From the NCBI RefSeq assembly GCF_037042905.1, contig NC_087252.1, positions 12,464,001 to 12,528,000 of the forward strand: a DNA stretch of 64,000 nucleotides, written 5' to 3'. The position numbers and the translations under genes were made by a program. This DNA is from Lytechinus pictus (taxonomy: Eukaryota). Shown here one piece after another: positions 23,550 through 36,834 of the stretch (the stretch's first letter is position 1; every line of letters begins with the position of its first letter). Under the pieces are notes generated by a model. It ran no database searches and was not told where the DNA came from. It saw only the letters and a program-made list of their open reading frames with translations.

Positions 23550-26500
23550 CTAGATTTTAATTCGTCATGCGGACGAATTAGGTGGTCTGTCCTTATTCTC
23601 GCCAATATGATCACTATAACCATGTTCAAGCAGATCAATATGATCTTCATGATGACAAATTATGGATGGAATACTTGTGAAAGTCGGGAGATGATAAAGA
23701 ACTGTGAAAAGGGTCTCTTTGATATATGAAAATACATGTGATATGAAAATAGTAATTATCTGTTTAATCTTGCTTAATTTTAACTTGCATACCTTTTAAA
23801 TACCATAAAGGATCATGTACGAGGTGGTAAAAAGAAGGAAAAAAAAGAAAACAAAAATCACCTTGTTCACCCCCAGGACTCGAACCTGCGCCCCCGAGAA
23901 CTCAAGTCAAGTGCGTTATCCATTGAGCCACGATATTCCCCATAGAGATTACACGTTCCCATAGAGATTACACGGAAGCAAATTTGAGAATTACAAATGC
24001 AATTTTGCAAGCGAAAAACGGGCATGATCCTGGCATCTGATCGAAAAAAAGGTTGACACTTTCGAAAGGGTAGAATCTCAGCTACATCATACCAAAAGCT
24101 CAGGGATAACTAACAAGAAAAAATGGAGATATAGCTCACGAAATAGAGGAATGTAGAATCTAGTTTTGAGAAAAAGTCATGTCCCATAGAGATTACACGT
24201 AAAATGAGGAAAAATGACATGCCTCTTTTCATCGCAATTTTACACCATGATGCGTTTTTCAAAATGAAAATTTATGTTAACTGACGAGAAAGAGTACATT
24301 CTAAACTACAACATATTGAAATCTGGGCGAAAAATGATCAATATTCATGGAGTTATGATCAAATTTGCATAAATTTGATGACGTCATTTTTGAAAAAATG
24401 AAATTTTTAGTTTAGGCGCAATTTTGATGACGTCATGATCAAATTGAGGGACAATGGTGACATGAAATCAAATTTACAAGTCATACTCTATCGATATATA
24501 AAAAAAAAATTGGGATCAACGGACTATTTAAAGAGGTATAGTGAATTTTCAATTGCCCCTTTTTTTGGGCCATATATGGCCTGTAGTGAGAGCTCGCGCG
24601 CACACGTGGTGCAAAGTTTAACAGGTGATAATTTCGTTATTACTTGTCGTAGAAGGTTGATCAATGTATCAAATTGTTCAGAATTATACCTCCAGGTGAC
24701 CTTTGATGACAATACTTGTTGACCTTTGACCTGAAGTTGATGTATACCAAATATAGTTGATTTTTGATGACTCGTTATCAAGATATGATAATGACCTGAT
24801 TTTTACAAAATGGCGCCTGGATGACGTCATCATGACTTGATGACCTTGAAAAAGTTTATTTTACTTGAAATCATAGAGCTTGATGACTGACAGAAATTTG
24901 AAGGAAATTGACCTTGTCGATTTCGAGTGAACGTGTGTACAAAAAAGTGTACGGAAGAAATAAAAATAAACTAGATTTTAATTCGTCATGCGGACGAATT
25001 AGGTGGTCTGTCCTTATTCTCGCCATCATGATCACTATTACCATGTTCAAGCAGATCAATATGATCTTCATGATGACAACGGAATGTTCATTATGGATGG
25101 AATACTTGTGAAAGACGGGAGATGATAAAGCACTGTGAAAAGGGTCTCTTTGATATATGAAAATACATGTGATATGAAAAAAGTTATTATAATCTGTTTA
25201 ATCTTGCTAAATTTTAACTTTCATACCTTTTAATTATCATAAAGGATCATGTACGAGGTGGTAAAAAGAAAAAAAAAAAAAATCGTCTTGTTCACCCCCA
25301 GGACTCGAACCTGCGCCCCCGAGAACTCAAGTCAAGTGCGTTATCCATTGAGCCACGATATTCCCCATAGAGATTACACGTTCCCATAGAGATTACACGT
25401 AAGCAAATTTGAGAATTACAAATCCAATTTTGCAAGCGAAAAACGGGCATGATCCTGACATCTGATCGAAAAATGGAGGGCACACTTCCGAAAGCTTAGA
25501 ATCTCAGCTACATCATACCAAAAGCTCAGGGATAACTAACAAGAAAAAATGGAGATATAGCTCACGAAATAGAGGAATGTAGAATCTAGTTTTGAGAAAA
25601 AGTCATGTCCCATAGAGATTACACGTAAAATGAGGAAAAATGACATGCCTCTTTTCATCGCAATTTTACACCATGATGCGTTTTTCAAAATGAAAATTCA
25701 TGTAAACTGACGAGAAAGAGTACATTCTAAACTACAATATATCGAAATCTGGGCGACAAATGATCAATATTCACGGAGTTATGATCAAATTTGCATAAAT
25801 TTGATGACGTCATTTTTGAAAAAATGAAATTTTCAGTTTAGGCGCAATTTTGATGACGTCATGATCAAATTGAGGGACAATGGTGACATGAAATCAAATT
25901 TACAACTCATACTCTATCGATATATGAAAAAAAATTGGGGGTCAACGGACTATTTAAAGAGCTACAGTGAATTTTTAATAGGCATGTTTTTGCCCGTATA
26001 TGGCCTATAGTAAGAGCTCGCGCGCACACGTGCTGCAAAGTTTAACGGGTGTTAATTTCGTTATTAATGGTCGTAGAAGGTTGATCAAGGTATCAAATTG
26101 CTCAGAATTATATTATCAATGCAACGATATAAAAAAAACGGCGTTTCTGCGTTGCTTTGAAGGCGTTACGCGCGGAAACGCGCGCGCATACCTGTGCGTG
26201 CGCAAATTTTTGAAATGCTTAAAATGACCTGAAACGTACTTTACTTTGGTCAAAAAGTGATTTTGAGCATTTTAAAAATTTGACGAGCGCGTACGCGCGC
26301 GTCGTGACCTCCAGGTGACCTTTGATGACATGACCTGTTGACCCTTGACCTGAAGTTGATGTGATGTTAATTTGATTGATTTTTGATAATTGATAATGGA
26401 GATATGATCGACAATGTGATTTTACAAAATGGCGCCTGGATGACGTCATCATGACCTGATGACCTTGAAAAAGTTGATTTTACTTGAAATCATACGGCTT

Positions 26501-29500
26501 GATGACTGACAGAAATTTGAAGGAAATTGACCATGTCGATTTCGAGTGAACGTGTGTACAAAAAAGTGTACGGAAGAAATAAAAATAAATAAATAAATAA
26601 AGAAAGAAAATTCTGGCGAAATCAATAGGTGATCTGTCGTTGACAGACCACCTAACTAGATTTTAATTCGTCATGCAGACGAATTAGGTGGTCTGTCCTT
26701 ATTCTCGCCATCATGATCACTAATACCATGTTCATGCAGATCAATATGATCTTCATGACGACAACGGAATGTTCATTATGGATGGAATACTTGTGAAAGA
26801 CGGGAGATGATAAAGAACTGTGAAAAGGGTCTCTTTGATATATGAAAATACATGTGATATGAAAAAAGTAATTATAATCTGTTTAATCTTGCTAAATTTT
26901 AACTTTCATACCTTTTAATTAATCATAAAGGATCATGTACGAGGTGGTAAAAAGAAAAAAAAATGAAAAAAAAAATCATCTTGTTCACCCCCAGGACTCG
27001 AACCTGCGCCCCCGAGAACTCAAGTCAAGTGCGTTATCCATTGAGCCACGATATTCCCCATAGAGATTACACGTAAGCAAATTTGAGAATTGCAAATCCA
27101 ATTTTGCAAGCGAAAAACGGGCATGATCCTGGCATCTGATCGAAAAATGGAGGGCACATTTCCGAAAGCTTAGAATCTCAGCTACATCATATCAAAAGCT
27201 CAGGGATAACCAACAAGAAAAAAGGGAGATATAGCTCACGAAATAGAGGAATGTAGAATCTAGTTTTGAGAAAAAGTCATGTCCTATAGAGATTACACGT
27301 AAAATGAGGAAAAATGACATGCCTCTTTTCATCGCAATTTTACACCATGATGCGTTTTTCAAAATGAAAATTCATGGTTACTGACGAGAAAGAGTACATT
27401 CTAAACTACAACATATCGAAATCTGGGCGACAAATGATCAATATTCACGGAGTTATGATCAAATTTGCATAAATTTGATGACGTCATTTTTGAAAAAATG
27501 AAATTTTCAGTTTAGGCGCAGTTTTGATGACGTCATGATCAAATTGAGGGACAATGGTGACATGAAATCAAATCTACAACTCATACTCTATCGATATATG
27601 AAAAAAAAAATTGGGGTCAACGGACTATTTAAAGAGCTACAGTGAATTTTCAATAGACATGTTTTTGCCCATATATGGCCTGTAGTGAGAGCTCGCGCGC
27701 ACACGTGCTGCAAACTTTAACGGGTGTTAATTTCGTTATTACTTGTCGTAGAAGGTTGATCAAGGTATCAAATTGTTCAGAATTATATTATCGGTGCATT
27801 GATATAAAAAAATTGGCGATTCTATGTTGGAAGATGCAATTACGCGCGAAAACGCGCGCGCATGTGCGTGCGCGCGTTTTTTTGCAAAATGCTTGAAATG
27901 GCCTTAAACGTATGGAAAATTAATTTGGAACGAATTTGAGCATTTTAAAATTTTAATGCGCGCGTACGTGCGCGTCGAGGTGCGCGCGCGGAATTTGATG
28001 AATTTTTTAGTTGACCGTTGACCTGAAGTTGATGTATACCAAATATAGTTGATTTTTGATGACTCGTTATCGAGATATGATAATGACCTGATTTTTACAT
28101 AATGGCGCCTGGATGACGTCACAATGACCTAATGACCTTGAAAAAAGGAGGGCACACTTCCGAAAGCTTAGAATCTCAGCTACATCATACCAAAAGCTCA
28201 GGGATAACTAACAAGAAAAAATGGAGATACAGCTCACGAAATAGAGGAATGTAGAATCTAGTTTTGAGAAAAAGTCATGTCCCATAGAGATTACACGTAA
28301 AATGAGGAAAAATGACATGCCTCTTTTCATTGCAATTTTACACCATGATGCATTTTTCAAAATGAAAATTCATGTTTACTGACGAGAAAGGGTACATTCT
28401 AAACTACAACATATCGAAATCTGGGCGGAAAACAATAAATATTCACGGAGTTATGATCAAATTTGCATAAATTTGATGACGTCATTTTTGAAAAAATGAA
28501 ATTTTCAATTTAGGCGCAATTTTGATGACGTCATGATCAAATTGAGGGACAATGGTGACATGAAATTAAATCTACAACTCATACTCTATTGATATATGAA
28601 AAAAAATTGGGGGTCAACGGACTATTTAAAGAGCTACAGTGAATTTTCAATAGACATGTTTTTGCCCATATATGGCCTGTAGTGAGAGCTCGCGCGCACA
28701 CGTGCTGCAAAGTATAACGGGTGATAATTTCGTTATTACTTGTCGTAGAAGGTTGATCAAGGTATCAAATTGTTCAGAATTATATTATCGGTGCATTGAT
28801 ATAAAAAAAATTGGCGATTCTATGTTGAAAGATGCAATTACGCGCAAAAACGCGCGCGCATGTGCGTGCGCGCGTTTTTTTGCAAAATGCTTAAAATGGT
28901 CTGAAACGTATGGAAAATTAATTTGGAACGAATTTAAGCATTTTAAAATTTTAATGCGCGCGTACGTGCGCGTCGAGGTGCGCGCGCGGAATTTGATGAA
29001 ATTTTTAGTTGACCGTTGACCTGAAGTTGATGTATACCAAATATAGTTGATTTTTGATGACTCGTTATCGAGATATGATAATGACCTGATTTTTACAAAA
29101 TGGCGCCTGGATGACGTCACGATGACCTAATGACCTTGAAAAAGTTAATTTTACTAGAAATCATATGGCTTGATGACTGACAGAAATTTGAAGGAAATTA
29201 ATCATGTCAATTTCGAATGAACGTGTGTACAAAAAAGTGTACGGAAGAAATAAAAATAAACTAGATTTTAATTCGTCATGCGGACGAATTAGGTGGTCTG
29301 TCCTTATTCTCGCCATCATGATCACTATTACCATGTTCAAGCAGATCAATATGATCTTCATGATGACAACGGAATGTTCATTATGGATGGAATACTTGTG
29401 AAAGACGGGAGATGATAAAGCACTGTGAAAAGGGTCTCTTTGATATATGAAAATACATGTGATATGAAAAAAGTTATTATAATCTGTTTAATCTTGCTAA

Positions 29501-32500
29501 ATTTTAACTTTCATACCTTTTAATTATCATAAAGGATCATGTACGAGGTGGTAAAATGAAAAAAAAAAGAAAAAAAAAATCGTCTTGTTCACCCCCAGGA
29601 CTCGAACCTGCGCCCCCGAGAACTCAAGTCAAGTGCGTTATCCATTGAGCCACGATATTCCCCATAGAGATTACACGTTCCCATAGAGATTACACGTAAG
29701 CAAATTTGAGAATTACAAATCCAATTTTGCAAGCGAAAAACGGGCATGATCCTGACATCTGATCGAAAAATGGAGGGCACACTTCCGAAAGCTTAGAATC
29801 TCAGCTACATCATACCAAAAGCTCAGGGATAACTAACAAGAAAAAATGGAGATATAGCTCACGAAATAGAGGAATGTAGAATCTAGTTTTGAGAAAAAGT
29901 CATGTCCCATAGAGATTACACGTAAAATGAGGAAAAATGACATGCCTCTTTTCATCGCAATTTTACACCATGATGCGTTTTTCAAAATGAAAATTCATGT
30001 TAACTGATGAGAAAGAGTACATTCTAAACTACAACATATCGAAATCTGGGCGACAAATGATCAATATTCACGGAGTTATGATCAAATTTGCATAAATTTG
30101 ATGACGTCATTTTTGAAAAAATGAAATTTTCAGTTTAGGCGCAATTTTGATGACGTCATGATCAAATTGAGGGACAATGGTGACATGAAATCAAATTTAC
30201 AACTCATACTCTATCGATATATGAAAAAAAATTGGGGGTCAACGGACTATTTAAAGAGCTACAGTGAATTTTTAATAGGCATGTTTTTGCCCGTATATGG
30301 CCTATAGTAAGAGCTCGCGCGCACACGTGCTGCAAAGTTTAACGGGTGTTAATTTCGTTATTAATGGTCGTAGAAGGTTGATCAAGGTATCAAATTGCTC
30401 AGAATTATATTATCAATGCAACGATATAAAAAAAACGGCGTTTCTGCGTTGCTTTGAAGGCGTTACGCGCGGAAACGCGCGCGCATACCTGTGCGTGCGC
30501 AAATTTTTGAAATGCTTAAAATGACCTGAAACGTACTTTACTTTGGTCAAAAAGTGATTTTGAGCATTTTAAAAATTTGACGAGCGCGTACGCGCGCGTC
30601 GTGACCTCCACGTGACCTTTGATGACATGACCTGTTGACCCTTGACCTGAAGTTGATGTGATGTTAATTTGATCGATTTTTGATAATTGATAATGGAGAT
30701 ATGATCGACAATGTGATTTTACAAAATGGCGCCTGGATGACGTCATCATGACCTGATGACCTTGAAAAAGTTGATTTTACTTGAAATCATACGGCTTGAT
30801 GACTGACAGAAATATGAAGGAAATTGACCATGTCGATTTCGAGTGAACGTGTGTACAAAAAAGTGTACGGAAGAAATAAAAATAAATAAATAAATAAATA
30901 AATAAAGAAAGAAAATTCTGGCGAAATCAATAGGTGATCTGTCGTTGACAGACCACCTAACTAGATTTTAATTCGTCATGCGGACGAATTAGGTGGTCTG
31001 TCCTTATTCTCGCCATCATGATCACTATTACCATGTTCAAGCAGATCAATATGATCTTCATGATGACAACGGAATGTTCATTATGGATGGAATACTTGTG
31101 AAAGACGGGAGATGATAAAGCACTGTGAAAAGGGTCTCTTTGATATATGAAAATACAAGTGATATGAAAAAAGTTATTATAATCTGTTAAATCTTGCTAA
31201 ATTTTAACTTTCATACCTTTTAATTATCATAACGGATCATGTACGAGGTGGTAAAAAGAAAAAAAAAAGGAAAAAAAATCATCATGTTCACCCCCAGGAC
31301 TCGAACCTGCGCCCCCGAGAACTCAAGTCAAGTGCGTTATCCATTGAGCCACGATATTCCCCATAGAGATTACACGTTCCCATAGAGATTACACGTAAGC
31401 AAATTTGAGAATTACAAATCCAATTTTGGAAGCGAAAAACGGGCATGATCCTGACATCTGATCGAAAAATGGAGGGCACATTTCCGAAAGCTTAGAATCT
31501 CAGCTACATCATACCAAAAGCTCAGGGATAACTAACAAGAAAAAATGGAGATATAGCTCACGAAATAGAGGAATGTAGAATCTAGTTTTGAGAAAAAGTC
31601 ATGTCCCATAGAGATTACACGTAAAATGAGGAAAAATGACATGCCTCTTTTCATCGCAATTTTACACCATGATGCGTTTTTCAAAATGAAAATTCATGCT
31701 CATTGACGAGAAAGAGTACATTCTAAACTACAACATATTGAAATCTGGGCGACAAATGATCAATATTCACGGAGTTATGATCAAATTTGCATAAATTTGA
31801 TGACGTCATTTTTGAAAAAATAAAATTTTCAGTTTAGGCGCAATTTTGATGACGTCATGATCAAATTGAGGGACAATGGTGACATGAAATTAAATCTACA
31901 ACTCATACTCTATCGATATATGAAAAAAATTGGGGGTCAACGGACTATTTTAAGAGCTACAGTGAATTTTCAATAGACATGTTTTTGCCCATATATGGCC
32001 TGTAGTGAGAGCTCGCGCGCACACGTGCTGCAAAGTATAACGGGTGATAATTTCGTTATTACTTGTCGTAGAAGGTTGATCAAGGTATCAAATTGTTCAG
32101 AATTATATTATCGGTGCATTGATATAAAAAAATTGGCGATTCTATGTTGGAAGATGCAATTACGCGCGAAAACGCGCGCGCATGTGCGTGCGCGCGTTTT
32201 TTTGCAAAATGCTTGAAATGGCCTGAAACGTATGGAAAATTAATTTGGAACGAATTTGAGCATTTAAAAATTTTAATGCGCGCGTACGTGCGCGTCGAGG
32301 TGCGCGCGCGGAATTTGATGAAATTTTAAGTTGACCGTTGACCTGAAATTGATGTATACCAAATATAGTTGATTTTTGATGACTCGTTATCGAGATATGA
32401 TAATGACCTGATTTTTACAAAATGGCGCCTGGATGACGTCACGATGACCTAATGACCTTGAAAAAGTTAATTTTACTAGAAATCATATGGCTTGATGACT

Positions 32501-35500
32501 GACAGAAATTTGAAGGAAATTGATCATGTCAATTTCGAATGAACGTGTGTACAAAAAAGTGTACGGAAGAAATAAAAATAAACTAGATTTTAATTCGTCA
32601 TGCGGACGAATTAGGTGGTCTGTCCTTATTCTCGCCATCATGATCACTATTACCATGTTCAAGCAGATCAATATGATCTTCATGATGACAACGGAATGTT
32701 CATTATGGATGGAATACTTGTGAAAGACGGGAGATGATAAAGCACTGTGAAAAGGGTCTCTTTGATATATGAAAATACATGTGATATGAAAAAAGTAATT
32801 ATAATCTGTTTAATCTTGCTAAATTTTAACTTTCATACCTTTTACTTATCATAATGGATCATGTACGAGGTGGTAAAAAGAAAATAAAAATGAAAAAAAA
32901 AATCATCTTGTTCACCCCCAGGACTCGAACCTGCGCCCCCGAGAACTCAAGTCAAGTGCGTTATCCATTGAGCCACGATATTCCCCATAGAGATTACACG
33001 TTCCCATAGAGATTACACGTAAGCAACTTTGAGAATTACAAATCCAATTTTGCAAGCGAAAAACGGGCATGATCCTGGCATCTGATCGAAAAATGGAGGG
33101 CATATTTCCGAAAGCTTAGAGTCTCAGCTACATCATACCAAAAGCTCGGGGAAAACTAGCAAGAAAAAATGGAGATATAGCTCACGAAATAGAGGAATGT
33201 AGAATCTAGTTTTGAGAAAAAGTCATGTCCCATAGAGATTACACGTAAAATGAGGAAAAATGACATGCCTCTTTTCATCGCAATTTTACACCATGATGCG
33301 TTTTTCAAAATGAAAATTTATGTTGACTAACGAGAAAGAGTACATTCTAAACTACAACATATCGAAATCTGGGCGAAAAATGATCAATATTCACGGGGTT
33401 ATGATCAAATTTGGATAAATTTGATGACGTCATTTTTGAAAAAATGAAATTTTCAGTTTAGGCGCAATTTTGATGACGTCATGATCAAATTGAGGGACAA
33501 TGGTGACATGAAATCAAATCTACAAGTCATACTCTATCGATATATGAAAAAAAAATGGGGTCAACGGACTATTTAAAGAGGTATAGTGAATTTTCGATTG
33601 CCCCTTTTTTTTGGCCATATATGGCCTGTAGTGAGAGCTCGCGCGCACACGTGCTGCAAAGTTTAACAGGCGATAATTTCGTTATTACTTGTCGTAGAAG
33701 GTTGATCAAGGTATCAAATTGTTCAGAATTATATTATCGGTGCATTGATATAAAAAAAATTGGCGATTCTATGGTGTAAGATGCAATTACGCGCGAAAAC
33801 GCGCGCGCATGTGCGTGCGCGTTTTTTTTGCAAAATGCTTAAAATCGCCTAAAACGTATGGAAAATTAATTTGGAACTAATTTGAGCATTTTAAAATTTT
33901 AATGCGCGCGTACGTGCGCGTCGAGGTGCGCGCGCGGAATTTGATGAATTTTTTAGTTGACCGTTGACCTGAAGTTGATGTATACCAAATATAGTTGATT
34001 TTTGATGACTCGTTATCGAGATATGATAATGACCTGATTTTTACAAAATGGCGCCTGGATGAAGTCACGATGACCTAATGACTTTGAAAAAAGGAGGGCA
34101 TATTTCCGAAAGCTTAGAATCTCAGCTACATCATACCAAAAGCTCAGGGATAACTAACAAGAAAAAATGGAGATATAGCTCACGAAATAAAGGAACGTAG
34201 AATCTAGTTTTGAGAAAAAGTCATGTCCCATAGAGATTACACGTAAAATGAGGAAAAATGACATGCCTCTTTTCATCGCAATTTTACACCATGATGCGTT
34301 TTTCAAAATGAAAATTTATGTTTATTGACGAGAAAGAGTACATTCTAAACTACAACATATCGAAATCTGGGCGAAAAATGATCAATATTCACGGAGTTAT
34401 GATCAAATTTGCATAAATTTGATGACGTCATTTTTGTAAAAATGAAATTTTCAGTTTAGGCGCAATTTTGATGACGTCATGATCAAATTGAGGGACAATG
34501 GTGACATGAAATCAAATCTACAACTTATACTCTATCGATATATGAAAAAAAAATTGGGGTCAACGGACTATTTAAAGAGCTACAGTGAATTTTCAATAGA
34601 CATGTTTTTGCCCATATATGGTCTGTAGTGAGAGCTCGCGCGCACACGTGCTGCAAAGTTTAACGGGTGATAATTTCGTTATTACTTGTCGTAGAAGGTT
34701 GATCAAGGTATCAAATTGTTCAGAATTATATTATCAATGCAATGATATAAAAAAAACTGCGTTTCTGCGTTGCGTTGAAGGCGTTACGCGCGGAAACGCG
34801 CGCGCATACGTGTGCGCGCGCAAATTTTTGAAATGCTTGAAATGACCTAAAACGTACTTTACTTTGGTCAAAAACTGATTTTGAGCATTTTTAAAATTTG
34901 ACGCGCGCGTACGCGCGCGTCGTGACCTCCAGGTGACTTTTGATGACATGACTTGTTGACCCTTGACCTGAAGTTGATGTGATATTAATTTGATTGATTT
35001 TTGATAATTGATAATGGAGATATGATCGACATTGTGATTTTACAAAATGGCGCCTGGATGACGTCAACATGACCTGATGACCTTGAAAAAGTTCATTTTA
35101 CTTGAAATAATAGGGCTTGATAACTGACAGAAATTTGAAGGAAATTGACCATGTCGATTTCGAATGAACGTGTGTACAAAAAAGTGTACGGAAGAAATAA
35201 AAATAAACTAGATTTTAATTCGTCATGCGGACGAATTAGGTGGTCTGTCCTTATTCTCGCCATCATGATCACTATTACCATGTTCAAGCAGATCTATATG
35301 ATCTTCATGATGACAACGGAATGTTCATTATGGATGGAATACTTGTGAAAGACGGGAGATGATAAAGCACTGTGAAAAGGGTCTCTTTGATATATGAAAA
35401 TACATGTGATATGAAAAAAGTAATTATAATCTGTTTAATCTTGCTAAATTCTAACTTTCATACCTTTTAATTATCATAAAGGATCATGTACGAGGTGGTA

Positions 35501-36834
35501 AAAAGAAAAAAAAATGAAAAAAAAAATCATCTTGTTCACCCCCAGGACTCGAACCTGCGCCCCCGAGAACTCAAGTCAAGTGCGTTATCCATTGAGCCAC
35601 GATATTCCCCATAGAGATTTACACGTTCCCATAGAGATTACACGTGAGCAAATTTGAGAATTACAAATCCAATTTTGCAAGCGAAAAACGGGCATGATCC
35701 TGGCATCTGATCGAAAAATGGAGGGCACACTTCCGAAAGCTTAGAATCTCAGCTACATCATACCAAAATCTCAGGGATAACTAGCAAGAAAACATTGAGA
35801 TATAGCTCACGATATAGAGGAATGTAGAATCTAGTTTTGAGAAAAAGTCATGTCCCATAGAGATTACACGTAAAATGAGGAAAAATGACATGCCTCTTTT
35901 CATTGCAATTTTACACCATGATGCGATTTTCAAAATGAAAATTCATGTTAACTGACGAAAAAGAGTACATTCTAAACTACAACATATCGAAATCTGGGCG
36001 AAAAATGATCAATATTCACGGGGTTGTGATCAAATTTGCATAAATTTGATGACGTCATATTTGAAAAAATGAAATTTTCAGTTTAGGCGCAATTTTGATG
36101 ACGTCATGATCAAATTGAGGGACAATGGTGACATGATATCATATCTACAACTCATACTCTATCGATATATGAAAAAAAAATGGGGGTCAACGGACTATTT
36201 AAAGAGCTACAGTGAATTTTTAATAGACATGTTTTTGCCCATATATGGCCTGTAGTGAGAGCTCGCGCGCACACGTGCTGCAAAGTTTAACGGGTGTTAA
36301 TTTCGTTATTAATGGTCGTAGAAGGTTGATCAAGGTATCAAATTGCTCAGAATTATATTATCAATGCAATGATATAAAAAAAACGGCGTTTCTGTGTTGC
36401 GTTGAAGGCGTTACGCGCGGAAACGCGCGCGCATACCTGTGCGTGCGCAAATTTTTGAAATGCTTAAAATGACCTGAAACGTACTTTACTTCGGTCAAAA
36501 AGTGATTTTGAGCATTTTAAAAATTTGACGAGCGCGTACGCGCGCGTCGTGACCTCCAGGTGACCTTTGATGACATGACCTGTTGACCCTTTACCTGAAG
36601 TTGATGTGATGTTAATTTGATAGATTTTTGATAATTGATAATGGAGATATGATCGACAATGTGATTTTACAAAATGGCGCCTGGATGACGTCATCATGTC
36701 CTGATGACCTTGAAAAAGTTGATTTTACTTCAAATCATAGGGCTTGATGACTGACAGAAATTTCAAGGAAATTGACCATATCGATTTCGAGTGAACGTGT
36801 GTACAAAAAAGTGTACGGAAGAAATAAAAATAAA
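23550..36834 (-). mobile_element. Block A: seven tandem/nested non-autonomous Helentron/DINE-like (HINE) elements
   Basis: 3' termini (minus strand GACAGACCACC-TAATTCGTC-CGCAT-GACGAATTA-AAATCTAG-TT) start at 23550, 24971, 26656, 29261, 30961, 32583 and 35208. Unit lengths are 1421, 1685, 2605, 1700, 1622, 2625 and 1627. The 5' end (TT-AGGTGGTCTGTC-AAC-GACAGATCACCT, then a (TTTA/TTTC)n microsatellite) is present at 26655 and 30960. SubTIRs, partial 5' IR, microsatellite, 3' hairpin and TT flanks are the DINE-1/HINE layout. Confidence 0.85.
23866..23937 (-). pseudogene. tRNA(Arg)-like Pol III cassette in A units (further copies start at 25291, 26984, 29588, 31287, 32911, 35535)
   Basis: Minus strand AATATCGTGGCTCAATGGATAACGCACTTGACTTGAGTTCTCGGGGGCGCAGGTTCGAGTCCTGGGGGTGAA: A-box TGGCTCAATGG, B-box GGTTCGAGTCC, T-rich tract ~8 nt downstream. 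The acceptor stem does not pair. Confidence 0.8.

Noticed and set aside
23550..23591. Canonical Helitron (5'-TC...CTRR-3', A|T target)
   Set aside because: Hairpin plus CTAG fits, but the other end has subTIRs with TT flanks and no TC start, which fits Helentron/DINE better.
23866..23937. Functional tRNA genes (apparent TGA anticodon in A units)
   Set aside because: Acceptor and anticodon stems do not pair, and the C version also has a broken T-stem.
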